Source: a virus. Taken from it: a stretch of DNA of 64,000 nucleotides. Shown here piece after piece: positions 10,534-19,959 of the stretch (positions within the stretch are counted from its first letter, which is position 1; every line of letters starts with the position of its first letter). The stretch lies in the IMG/VR virus record IMGVR_UViG_3300035698_024877, positions 1 to 64,000 of that record, one strand, 5' to 3'. The notes beneath the pieces were generated by a model. The model had not been told where the DNA came from. It worked only from the letters and a program-made list of their open reading frames with translations, and did no database searches. The position numbers were made by a program, and so were the translations under genes.

Positions 10534-11334
10534 ATGCTTATGGATGAAGTTAAGAAATATTGTAAACAATGTGGAAAAGAGATACTTGTTGAATTTAATT
10601 GGCAAAAGAGAAAAATGTTTTGTGGTAAATCATGTTCTTCGAAATGGGGTAGTATTAATAATCCAAATTTTGGGACAAAAGGATTTAAGCACACAGAAGA
10701 AACAAAAAGAAAAATAGGGGAAGCAGCTAAAAGAGAAAATCTTTCTGAAGGGGCATTACGAAAGAGAAGCAAATCATTGGAGGGTAGAATATTTTCAGAA
10801 GAAACAAGAAAAAAAATGAGTAAATCGCGGATGGGTATAGTTTTAGCAGAAGAAACAAAAGAAAAACTTAGGCAAGCAAATCTTGGGAAAAAGCATACAG
10901 AAGAAACAAAAAAGAAAATGAGCGATATACATAGAAGAGAAAATCTTTCTGAAAAGACATTACAAAAGATGCGTGAGGCTAGCAAAGGTAGAAAGCATAC
11001 TGAAGAAACAAAAAGAAAAATAGGGGAAGCGCATAGGAGAGAAAAGCATTCAAATTGGAAGGGCGAATTGACTGAAAATAATGGATATATGTTTATTTAT
11101 GCTAAAGGAGATAAAAAAAGACGTTTGCATCGTTCTATTTGGGAAAAGGAGAATGGTGAAATACTTAAAGGACATGTAATTCATCATATTGATGGGAATA
11201 AAAAAAATAATGATTTGTTAAATTTGGAAATGCTGACTAGGGGCGAGCATAATAGTCATCACAAACCCGCAAAGAAAAAGATACTATTGTTGAAAAAGAA
11301 GAAATTCATCATATTAAAGAAAAGGAGTAAATAA
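10534..11334 (+). mobile_element. Free-standing HNH homing endonuclease (zinc finger plus NUMOD3 repeats)
   Basis: CKQC..FCGKSC, repeated KHTEETK.K, HRSIWE...HHIDGNKKNNDLLNLEML...HNSHH. Confidence 0.9.
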
Positions 11335-11336
11335 AA

Positions 11337-12281
11337 TTGAGAATTCTTATAACTGGATGTGCTGGTTTCATAGGCTCACATCTTGCAAATAAGCTTATTG
11401 ATCAAGGTCATTCCACTTTTGGTATAGATTCATTAGTAACGGGATTAGGTAAAAATGTTGATCCAGAATTGATGTACTTCTCTAGAAGGTCAATAGCAAA
11501 TAAAGAAGATGTACTTGAACTTTTTGAAATTGCAAAACCAGATATGGTTGTGCATACAGCCGCTTCTTATAAAGACCCAGAGAATTGGCAAGGAGATGTT
11601 AATACTAATGTGTTGGGGGCTGTCAATATAGTTGAAGCTGCTAAACAATTTAAAGTAAAAAGGATAATATACCTACAGACTTCTCTTTGTTATGGTTGGC
11701 CAGAAGTAATACCAATTCCTATTACGCATAGAATAGCACCAACTAATAGTTATGCTATTTCAAAAACGGCTGCTGAAAATTATATAGCTGCAAGTGGTAT
11801 TGATTTTGTTTCTTTTAGATTAGCAAATTGTTATGGGGAAAGAAATCTTAGTGGGCCAATCCCCACTTTTTATAAGTTCCTTACTGAATGTAAAGATTGC
11901 ACTGTAGTGACAGGCGTAGAACGAGATTTTGTATTTATAAATGATTTATTGTTTTACTTGTTAAAAGCAATTAATAGAGGAATTGGATATGGATATTATC
12001 ATATATCTTCTGGTAGAACATATAAAATAATTGATTTATATAACACAATGAGTATGAGTTTAGGCATCTATGGTAAAAGCCCTATTTTTAAAGAATGTGG
12101 TGAAGATGATATTCCTCGTCTTCTCCTTGATAATAACCTTACGTTAGAAGAATTTGGGCAACCAGATAAATTTACGACTCTTCACGATGGTATAGATTCG
12201 GCTGTTAAATGGTACAAAAAAAATAAAATTAAAACTACATATACACATTTAAAAGGATTTAAAAATGAAGAAAATAAGTAA
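11337..12281 (+). CDS. NAD-dependent nucleotide-sugar epimerase/dehydratase (extended SDR), Bordetella WbmG/WbmH-like
   Basis: ITGCAGFIG, VVHTAASYKDP, QTSLCYG, YAISK, FRLANCYG.RN.SGPIPTFY, C-terminal YTHLK; matches my recollection of WbmG/H. Confidence 0.88.
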   Translation: MRILITGCAGFIGSHLANKLIDQGHSTFGIDSLVTGLGKNVDPELMYFSRRSIANKEDVLELFEIAKPDMVVHTAASYKDPENWQGDVNTNVLGAVNIVEAAKQFKVKRIIYLQTSLCYGWPEVIPIPITHRIAPTNSYAISKTAAENYIAASGIDFVSFRLANCYGERNLSGPIPTFYKFLTECKDCTVVTGVERDFVFINDLLFYLLKAINRGIGYGYYHISSGRTYKIIDLYNTMSMSLGIYGKSPIFKECGEDDIPRLLLDNNLTLEEFGQPDKFTTLHDGIDSAVKWYKKNKIKTTYTHLKGFKNEENK

Positions 12282-12438
12282 AATAAAAAAGTGGTTTAGT
12301 GGATTACGTAATATGAGTATATCAGAATTATTCGCTTATGTTATTATTGTTCTTTCTATAGCATGGATAGCTTTTTGCATTATTGTATGTATAGCAATAG
12401 CTAAGCTCGCGCTAAGGTATATTGGTGGGTAGTTATTA

Positions 12439-13083
12439 ATGAAAAAGATTATGTTCTTTGGTGATTCTGTTGTGGATGGCCAACATGTATCTTTATCTAA
12501 TAAATGGATATATCGCGTAGCTAAAGATTTAGAAGATAAATTTTCAATAGAGGTATCTGCAAGAAATGGTGAGACAACAAGGCAAGCTCTTGAAAGAATG
12601 CCTTATGATATTCAAAATAAAGATATTGATTATTTGTATGTTCAATATGGCTTGAATGATTGTAATAAATGGGAAACTGATAGGGGATTGCCACGAGTTA
12701 ATTTGCTTGCTTTTGAAGCCAATATTAGAGAACTTTTAATTAGGGCATTTAAGTTTCATATAAAAGTTGTGTTTTTAGCTACTAATCATATAGTCTATAA
12801 AACTAACATGTTTTTTTTAAATCATTATAATAGTATAATAAGAGGAATTGCTAATAAACCTGTAGATGATAGAGATACTAAAGATGGGTTTTATCCTATT
12901 ATTTCTCCAGTTAATGTTATTCTTGTAGACCATGAAGATGAATGGCGGAAATTTATCCATTCAAAGCTAAATCCACCAAAAGATTATTTACTTGAAGATG
13001 GTGTGCATCTAAATGAAAAAGGACATCTTCTTTATTACAAAACTTTTATGGGGGTATTTAATGATTTTAAAAAATTACGATAA
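12439..13083 (+). CDS. SGNH/GDSL esterase or O-acyltransferase
   Basis: FFGDS, NGETT, YGLND, DGVHLN. Confidence 0.9.
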   Translation: MKKIMFFGDSVVDGQHVSLSNKWIYRVAKDLEDKFSIEVSARNGETTRQALERMPYDIQNKDIDYLYVQYGLNDCNKWETDRGLPRVNLLAFEANIRELLIRAFKFHIKVVFLATNHIVYKTNMFFLNHYNSIIRGIANKPVDDRDTKDGFYPIISPVNVILVDHEDEWRKFIHSKLNPPKDYLLEDGVHLNEKGHLLYYKTFMGVFNDFKKLR

Positions 13084-13660
13084 AGTTATTGTAGATAAGA
13101 TTATTGCTTTACACTTAAATAGTTATGACGATGCTGAAATGTCTGTTATTCTTGGTAAAACGTACTTAGAAGATTATTATAAAGAAATTTTGTATTTTAG
13201 AAATGGTTTTATTTCTTATCGTATTTATTGTAATAAGCTTGTTTGTTTTGCTTTGATTTTTTATGATTATGTAAAGTTTCAAAATAGGTTTAGAAAAAAA
13301 TATAAATGGAAAATTGCCTGGTCTCTTTTAGTTAAAGGTTATAGCATTAGAAATATTGTAAAAAATTTATTTATTAGTCCTCATATAAGAAAAATTAAAA
13401 GTGTTTATTATCCAGAAAGCCATTTAGGTCATTTAGCTCTTGATCCTATTTACCAAGGAACAAAAGAAGGAAAGAATATTTTATATACTGTTTTTGATGA
13501 TGCTTTTTATGTAGCCAAAACTATTTCAAAAGCTAAAGGTATTTGGGGTTGTTGGAATGTTAAAAATGTAAAGCTTCAAAAAGTGCTTGAAAAGTATGGT
13601 ATGAAAGAAGTTGAAACTATTAATGACATTGTTATTTATGAGGTTTTGTTTAAGGAATAA
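13061..13660 (+). CDS. Putative GNAT acetyltransferase
   Basis: HLALDPIYQG motif-A-like segment, N...LEKYGM end; ATG 13061 overlaps the upstream gene. Confidence 0.55.
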   Translation: MILKNYDKVIVDKIIALHLNSYDDAEMSVILGKTYLEDYYKEILYFRNGFISYRIYCNKLVCFALIFYDYVKFQNRFRKKYKWKIAWSLLVKGYSIRNIVKNLFISPHIRKIKSVYYPESHLGHLALDPIYQGTKEGKNILYTVFDDAFYVAKTISKAKGIWGCWNVKNVKLQKVLEKYGMKEVETINDIVIYEVLFKE

Positions 13661-13673
13661 AATAGAGGATAAA

Positions 13674-16022
13674 ATGAATAGTGATTTTAATATGTTTAGG
13701 CGCTTTAGAAATATTGATACAGGGAAAGTATCTAATAATTTTATGGATGTTTGTTTAAGTAGCAAAAAATTGACATTAGATCCTAATTTTGTATCTAAGC
13801 ATTCTGATGATTTTGAAACCCCGTTTTTAGAAATTGAAAATGTTCCTTATGAAGAATGTTTTTCTAAAATATATAAAAAGCTACTCTCTTTTTCTGTCAA
13901 AGATAAAGAAAAAGTATCTTTAGAGTATAGCATTGATATACAATACACATTGCTTAAAGATTATGTGTTTACTAAATGGGATAGTTCTAAATTTAATATT
14001 ATTTTTCATTCTTCAGGCTACGATTCAAGAATTCTTTCTCTTATTATTAGAGAATTGTATGAAGAGCATGGAAAAGAATGGCTTGGGAAAATGGTGTTTT
14101 TATGCCATGATCCAGAAGGCAGTCTTTTTAATCATATTATGGTTAATGAAGGATGGGAGTATGCAGCTCATTCCATAGTAAACTATGATAAAGAATGTTT
14201 GGGCTGGAGAAATAGAGAAGTGTTCAAGTTTAATAGAATGCATGAATTTTTAAATGGACCTTCAGATTTTCCAGCTAGTCCAGATGCAGTATTTTTTGAT
14301 AGGCTTTATAAAGGTAATTGGTTTAATACTAATGTAGATGACTGTAGGTTTTGGTTTGGGTCTTTTGGTAATGAGGTATTTAATTTTTTTGTTTTACAAA
14401 ATAAAACATTTAAAGACTTATGTGATACTTTTTATTATAGTAGGTATGCTAGATTTGTTTCTTATTTTAACGTTAAGCATATTATAACGCCGTTTTTAGA
14501 TCCAAAAAGAATTGAGCATTTTTCATCAATAGATTTGATTAATCCTCCTACAGATCAGAATGTTTTTAAGCAGCTTCTTATTAATAAAAGTAGATTCGGA
14601 GATGTTTTAGATTCAGTTCCAGTATTTCCTCCAGAAAAATTAAAAGATTCGTGGTGTTGTCCAGAAATGATATTTAAAAAATTAGTTAAAGATTATAAAA
14701 ATTCTTTTTTCTATGAAAAGTTTGGAGATGTTTTTAGGGGCGATAAATATGAAAATAGATTTTTTGGTCTTTCAGAAGAGCAGAATATTTGGTGGAGTTC
14801 TTGCACTTTGGCTTCTTTTTGCAACGAGCTTTTTAAGCGTGGTATTAAATTAGAAGTAGAAAGTAAAAAAAAAATTAAAAGTAAAAGCATAGATAAAAAA
14901 CAAAGAACACAAAAAATTGACACATCTCTTTTTTATAATACGGTGGGTGTTAATTCATTTTTTAATAAACTCGAAAAGAGAATGGGTAAAAAGTGGGTTG
15001 AAAGTAATAAAAAAATCTTGGGTATTATAGAAATAGCTTTTGAGGAGCTTTCTTTTATTAAAAGTTCTGATACAGTAACGCTAAGCGCGATTAATTATTC
15101 TATTAAAGATGAGGCACCTAAAAGTAGAACAACTGTCGATTTATTTTGGGATGATTATACAGTATTATCAGAAAAAAAAGTTTTGAGTTCAAAAGAATTG
15201 CTTTTAGATTATATGGTATGGAGACTTTCATATTATCCCTATTGCATGGAATTTTTAGATTTGTATGGAAGCCACACTAAAGACACTGTTTTAGATTATG
15301 GTTGTGGTCCAGGATTTGACACTCTTGGTTTTTTATTAGCAGGGAAGGCTAAAAAAGTGATTGCAATGGATGTATCTTCAAAAGCTCTTAAACAGTTGCA
15401 GGAATATTTAAGTCTTTGTAATATTGACACAAATAAAATAGAATTAATTAAAATAGGGAATGCAAGTAATAATCTTCCTTTAGAAGATAATAGTATAGAT
15501 AGAATTCATTGTGGTGGTGTTATCCATCATGTAGATGATCCAATTTTTGTTTTAAAAGAATTTAATAGGGTCTTAAAGAGAAATAAATTCGCTACAATTA
15601 TGGTATATAATAAAAATAGTTTATTTTATCATTTATATGTAGCTTATTTAATAAAAACTAAGAACAAAGATGGCTATCCTGGATTAGATTTTATTTATGA
15701 TGACTTTACAACAGATAATGTTTTTTCGAAATCAACTGATGGTGTTTCTTGTCCTATTTCTCGTTGTTATTCTTTAGATGAGTTTACATTATTATGTAAA
15801 GATGCTGGGTTTGAATATATTGACTTTAAAGGTGGGCATTTGTCTACTTTTGATACTAAATATTTTTATCAACAGCATTTTATTGAAGCTCTAAACTCTC
15901 CTACTTTAGAGACATGCCATAAGGAGTTTTTGAGAGAAATAACTTTTGATGAGGAAGATTCCCCTGTGTATAGAGGAAAGGTTTGTGGTATTGGTGGTTC
16001 TTATAAACTTTGGAAGGTTTAA
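13674..16022 (+). CDS. Fusion: divergent asparagine-synthase-like (PP-loop) domain plus class I SAM methyltransferase
   Basis: N-half HSSGYDSR, GSFGNE, TPFLD; C-half VLDYGCGPG, MDVS, GVIHH..P..VLKEFNRVLK; GAGGA RBS before ATG 13674. Confidence 0.78.
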   Translation: MNSDFNMFRRFRNIDTGKVSNNFMDVCLSSKKLTLDPNFVSKHSDDFETPFLEIENVPYEECFSKIYKKLLSFSVKDKEKVSLEYSIDIQYTLLKDYVFTKWDSSKFNIIFHSSGYDSRILSLIIRELYEEHGKEWLGKMVFLCHDPEGSLFNHIMVNEGWEYAAHSIVNYDKECLGWRNREVFKFNRMHEFLNGPSDFPASPDAVFFDRLYKGNWFNTNVDDCRFWFGSFGNEVFNFFVLQNKTFKDLCDTFYYSRYARFVSYFNVKHIITPFLDPKRIEHFSSIDLINPPTDQNVFKQLLINKSRFGDVLDSVPVFPPEKLKDSWCCPEMIFKKLVKDYKNSFFYEKFGDVFRGDKYENRFFGLSEEQNIWWSSCTLASFCNELFKRGIKLEVESKKKIKSKSIDKKQRTQKIDTSLFYNTVGVNSFFNKLEKRMGKKWVESNKKILGIIEIAFEELSFIKSSDTVTLSAINYSIKDEAPKSRTTVDLFWDDYTVLSEKKVLSSKELLLDYMVWRLSYYPYCMEFLDLYGSHTKDTVLDYGCGPGFDTLGFLLAGKAKKVIAMDVSSKALKQLQEYLSLCNIDTNKIELIKIGNASNNLPLEDNSIDRIHCGGVIHHVDDPIFVLKEFNRVLKRNKFATIMVYNKNSLFYHLYVAYLIKTKNKDGYPGLDFIYDDFTTDNVFSKSTDGVSCPISRCYSLDEFTLLCKDAGFEYIDFKGGHLSTFDTKYFYQQHFIEALNSPTLETCHKEFLREITFDEEDSPVYRGKVCGIGGSYKLWKV

Positions 16023-16027
16023 AAAAA

Positions 16028-16963
16028 ATGATAACTATTAATAATTTAACTCCAAAAGGAGCTATTCCTGATATAGTAGATGAATTTTGGAATTTTCATC
16101 TTGTTACTAATAATTTTTTTAATACCAAAGAAGAACTAAATAAATTTATAGAAATAAGAAGTTCTATGTATCCTTATTATAATGATTTTATGGAACTTGG
16201 TAGATGCCATAAAGGGGAACTTGTTTTAGATTTTGGGTGTGGGCAAGGATATGATATCGTATCTCGATTAACCACGGGCGAAGCTAAAATGGTTATTGGA
16301 TTAGATGTTTCTACAAAGTCCCTTGAATTAGCTAGAAATAATCTATCTTTATGTGATATTAATCCTAATAATGTTTTTATTGGTTCAACATTAAATACTA
16401 TGGATACTTTTCATTTTATAGAAGACGAAACGGTTGATTTCGTGCATAGTGGTGGAACAATTCATCATACTACATTACCAGAAATAGTTTTTCTTAAAGA
16501 ATTTTATAGGGTTTTAAAAAATGGTGGAGAAGCTTTAATAGAAGTCCATAATAAAAATAGCCTATACTTTCATCTTTATGTGGCATATGAAGTAATGATT
16601 CTTAATAAAAAAGGCCCTCTTGGGCAAGGATTAGATAACATATTTGACGGTTATAGTGATGAAAAAGCATTCGCAAGAGTTACTGATGGTATTTTTTGTC
16701 CTGTTTCTCGCGCTTATTATCCACAGGAGTTTATTGATCTTTGCAAAAACGCAGGATTTAAAGATGTAGAATTTAAAGGTGGTTATTTATCTGATGTGGA
16801 TACAATTTTTAAGTTGCAAGACTTTAAAGATAATGCTATTAATAGCGATAAACTTAGGAATGATCATAAAGAGTTTTTGCAAGAAATAGAAATAGTAAAT
16901 GGAAAGCCCTATTATAATGAGAAGTTAGCTGGAATAGGGGCTGTTTTTAAAATAAGAAAATAG
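16028..16963 (+). CDS. Class I SAM methyltransferase, paralog of the upstream C-terminal domain
   Basis: VLDFGCGQG, GTIHH, EFYRVLK; shares NKNSL..HLYVAY, TDG..CP.SR.Y and HKEFL.EI with the upstream protein. Confidence 0.88.
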   Translation: MITINNLTPKGAIPDIVDEFWNFHLVTNNFFNTKEELNKFIEIRSSMYPYYNDFMELGRCHKGELVLDFGCGQGYDIVSRLTTGEAKMVIGLDVSTKSLELARNNLSLCDINPNNVFIGSTLNTMDTFHFIEDETVDFVHSGGTIHHTTLPEIVFLKEFYRVLKNGGEALIEVHNKNSLYFHLYVAYEVMILNKKGPLGQGLDNIFDGYSDEKAFARVTDGIFCPVSRAYYPQEFIDLCKNAGFKDVEFKGGYLSDVDTIFKLQDFKDNAINSDKLRNDHKEFLQEIEIVNGKPYYNEKLAGIGAVFKIRK

Positions 16964-16974
16964 GAGAAGTTACG

Positions 16975-17757
16975 TTGGATATTAGTAAAATTAAAAAAGT
17001 TAGTGTTGTTTTCGCTGTTAGAGATAGATTTTGGGCGCTTGAAAATGCCTTATATTCTATGAATTTGCAAAAAACAGATCTTCCAGTAGAGTTTTGTATT
17101 TTTGATGATAATTCAAAAGAGAGTGCAGAACCTACCATAAAGAAATTTTTAACAAATTTTGAATATAAGTTTGGAAGATCAAAAAAACAACTCGATGTTT
17201 ATCAAGCTGTGCCATCTGCTTTGGCTTTATCTGATCCAGAATCAAATGTAATTATTTTAACTTGTTCAGATGTAATATGGACAGATACTGATACAATAGA
17301 CACCCTTTGTAAACACGTTGATGATAAACACGTGGCGTTTGCTAATGTTATTAACACACCAATATTTCCTGATTTTTGGCAAGAATATGATATAAATATT
17401 GGGGATATACTATCGCATTGGGAAGATTATATTAATCATAACTGGACTATTAGAATACAAGGAAAAGTTTTTCCTAATGTTTGGAATTTAAAATCTGGCC
17501 CAGCAAGAGATAGCTGGATTTATTATCTTGGAGCAATGCTTAAAAAAGATATTCTTTCTACTGGGATTCAGCATCATTGGTGTGATGCTATACTCGATCA
17601 AAAAACAAGGAAAGTTAGAGCCACAGAAGGCTGGGATGCTACTTATACAGGATTGAGAGCAATTCATCAACAACATAATAAAAGTTTCCATTACTGTTCT
17701 AAAGTAAAAACCTGTCCTTATGATTGTGTAAAAAAACAAGAAAATTGGGAGGAGTAA
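16975..17757 (+). CDS. GT-A fold (GT2-like) glycosyltransferase, paralog 1
   Basis: VSVVF, CIFDDNS, CSDV, WCD, HQQH-x6-C-x5-C-x3-C. Confidence 0.8.
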   Translation: MDISKIKKVSVVFAVRDRFWALENALYSMNLQKTDLPVEFCIFDDNSKESAEPTIKKFLTNFEYKFGRSKKQLDVYQAVPSALALSDPESNVIILTCSDVIWTDTDTIDTLCKHVDDKHVAFANVINTPIFPDFWQEYDINIGDILSHWEDYINHNWTIRIQGKVFPNVWNLKSGPARDSWIYYLGAMLKKDILSTGIQHHWCDAILDQKTRKVRATEGWDATYTGLRAIHQQHNKSFHYCSKVKTCPYDCVKKQENWEE

Positions 17758-18557
17758 TGAAGTATTTATCGTATTACCATGACGGCGAATTTTTACCTTA
17801 TAAAATTGAAGCTGCTAATGATATTGAAAAAAGGAAATCTCCTATAAAAAAGGCATCAATATTTTTTGGTATTTATAATAAACAAGATGTGTTAGCCAAT
17901 ACTCTTTATTCTATAACAAGGCAAAAAACATCAACTTGCCATGAGCTTTGTATTGTTGATGATTGCTCTGATATCGATCCTATGCCTATAGTAAAGGAAT
18001 ATGCACCAGAAGCCAAATATTTTAGATATAATACAAGACAAGGATTCGATATAGTTTATTGGAATAGTATTTTTAATCTTATTTCTACAGATAGCGAAGT
18101 TGTTATTATACAGTCGGCTGATGTAGTATGGTCTTCAAATAATTTATTTGATAGCATGGTTGATTATGTTGATTATGGAAGGCCAGTAGTAGTTACCACG
18201 TATAATGTAGAGAGAACTTTAAAAGATCCTAATGAAAATAGCTTTCGTTCTTATGTCACTGATTGCAGCAAGGATTGGCTAAAAAAAGAAAATACACTTG
18301 TAATCAGGGCAAATGAAGAAAGGCCAATGTATCCTTTTTTAATGGCTATTATGCGAACAGATCTTGAAAAGGTTATTACAGGAAAACCTATGTGCGATGT
18401 TATATTTCATTTTGCTTTAGTTGAGCAAGGAATTACCCCTTTATTTATTTCTAGCCCACTGGCGCTACATCAGCCACATGAAGCTACTTGGATTCCATGT
18501 TTACAATTAGGCACTTGCCCAATAGATTGCAAATTAAAAAGGCATTTTAATGAATAA
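17757..18557 (+). CDS. GT-A fold glycosyltransferase, paralog 2
   Basis: ASIFFGIYNK, CIVDDCS, SADV, MCD, HQPH-x6-C-x5-C-x3-C; GGAG RBS and TAATG overlap. Confidence 0.82.
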   Translation: MKYLSYYHDGEFLPYKIEAANDIEKRKSPIKKASIFFGIYNKQDVLANTLYSITRQKTSTCHELCIVDDCSDIDPMPIVKEYAPEAKYFRYNTRQGFDIVYWNSIFNLISTDSEVVIIQSADVVWSSNNLFDSMVDYVDYGRPVVVTTYNVERTLKDPNENSFRSYVTDCSKDWLKKENTLVIRANEERPMYPFLMAIMRTDLEKVITGKPMCDVIFHFALVEQGITPLFISSPLALHQPHEATWIPCLQLGTCPIDCKLKRHFNE

Positions 18558-19296
18558 AAAAGTCTCTATTCTAACAGCAACATGGAATAAAGAAGAGCAG
18601 CTTAGAAATTATTTATATGGCATAAAAAGACAAAAAACTGATTTTGCTTTTGAGCTTTGTATTATTGATGACCATTCTGATGTAAGCCCTTTATCTATTA
18701 TTAAAGAAGTTGTTCCTTTTGGTGATATAAAATATAAAAGGTTGGCTAAACATTCTGCATTTAATAAAACTCAAGGTTTAGGATTAGATTTAGTTTCTAA
18801 AGATTCCGATGTTATAGTTTTAATTGGTGCAGATATTATCCTTACAAGAGATAATGATTTGCAAAAATTAGTTGATGGAGTAGGTGATAAAACATTTACT
18901 CTTGCTGAAGTTGTAGATATACCAATTTTTTGTGATTTTTATAATGACTTTGCTATAAGTACAGAATTGATTTTAGACAATTGGGAAAATTATATTAAAA
19001 CAATAGATTTGCCTATTGGTGAAAGAATATATGGAAATCAAAGAACACTTTATACAGGTAAAAAATGGGATAGTTGGCTTTTATTTTGTGGGGCAATTAG
19101 AAAAGAAGATTTATTAAGTATTGGTTTTTTAGAAAATAGTTGCGATGCCGTATTAAAGTATAAAATGCAAGAGCAAAAGCTGACTGGAGTATTGCTTTCT
19201 GAGGTTAAAGCTATTCATCAAAGACATATTAAAAAAACATATGTTTGTCCTGATATCGAAACATGTAAATACCATTGTATAAGGAAATTAAAATGA
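18550..19296 (+). CDS. GT-A fold glycosyltransferase, paralog 3
   Basis: VSILTATWNK, CIIDDHS, GADI, SCD, HQRH-x6-C-x5-C-x3-C. Confidence 0.82.
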   Translation: MNKKVSILTATWNKEEQLRNYLYGIKRQKTDFAFELCIIDDHSDVSPLSIIKEVVPFGDIKYKRLAKHSAFNKTQGLGLDLVSKDSDVIVLIGADIILTRDNDLQKLVDGVGDKTFTLAEVVDIPIFCDFYNDFAISTELILDNWENYIKTIDLPIGERIYGNQRTLYTGKKWDSWLLFCGAIRKEDLLSIGFLENSCDAVLKYKMQEQKLTGVLLSEVKAIHQRHIKKTYVCPDIETCKYHCIRKLK

Positions 19297-19862
19297 ATAA
19301 TTTTGAAAAGCAAAAGCAGGAATTTATTAATAAAGTAAAAGAAGAAGACGAAATAAGTTATTTTGATAACTGTGCCCATTTATTTGAACCAGGAAAAGTT
19401 TGGACTACAGATACTGAGGGTAATAATATACTACAAACAAAAGCAGAGCATGAAAGTACAAGAATGGACAGCCCTTCTCCTGGAGAGAAAATAAAAATAT
19501 TGCTGGAATTAAAAGATCGCTGGTTGTTACCAACACGAGCAGAGGTTTTTGGAAGTAGGTGTTCTGTATGCAAATATTTTAGAGATGAGTATGATTGGCT
19601 TGGGTTAAACCCATTAATTCATAGGTGTAAATGTAACATGTGTATGAACGAAATTTTACATCTTCTTGGACCTATTCACTATTCCTATAATGAGCCTTGT
19701 AACAGAGGGGCATGTAATGCATTAGTTTTTAATGGGATGTCTTGTGGAACTGTTCGTAAAAAACGATTTTTTGTTACTAGTGTTTTTGAGCCATTTAGAG
19801 AAGGTTTGCTTAAAAGAATTGATGATGTTATTAAATTTGATATAATTAATAAGGGAGATTAA
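19293..19862 (+). CDS. Cys-rich hypothetical protein within the glycosylation cluster
   Basis: CSVC, CKCNMC, PCNRGAC, SCG; overlaps the GT stop codon. Confidence 0.55.
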   Translation: MNNFEKQKQEFINKVKEEDEISYFDNCAHLFEPGKVWTTDTEGNNILQTKAEHESTRMDSPSPGEKIKILLELKDRWLLPTRAEVFGSRCSVCKYFRDEYDWLGLNPLIHRCKCNMCMNEILHLLGPIHYSYNEPCNRGACNALVFNGMSCGTVRKKRFFVTSVFEPFREGLLKRIDDVIKFDIINKGD

Positions 19863-19902
19863 AAATGAAACAGAAAATGAAAATTTTATTCTATAGATGG
19901 CA

Positions 19903-19917
19903 TTTTAAAATATAATA
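19903..19917 (+). promoter_or_regulatory. Phage promoter motif upstream of thyX
   Basis: TTTATTCTATAGATGGCATTTTAAAATATAATAAAGTA, near-identical to the extended copies at ~42707 and ~47719. Confidence 0.8.
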
Positions 19918-19959
19918 AAGTATGAAGAATTTATTAAGCAATATTTAGATGAGGAAAAA

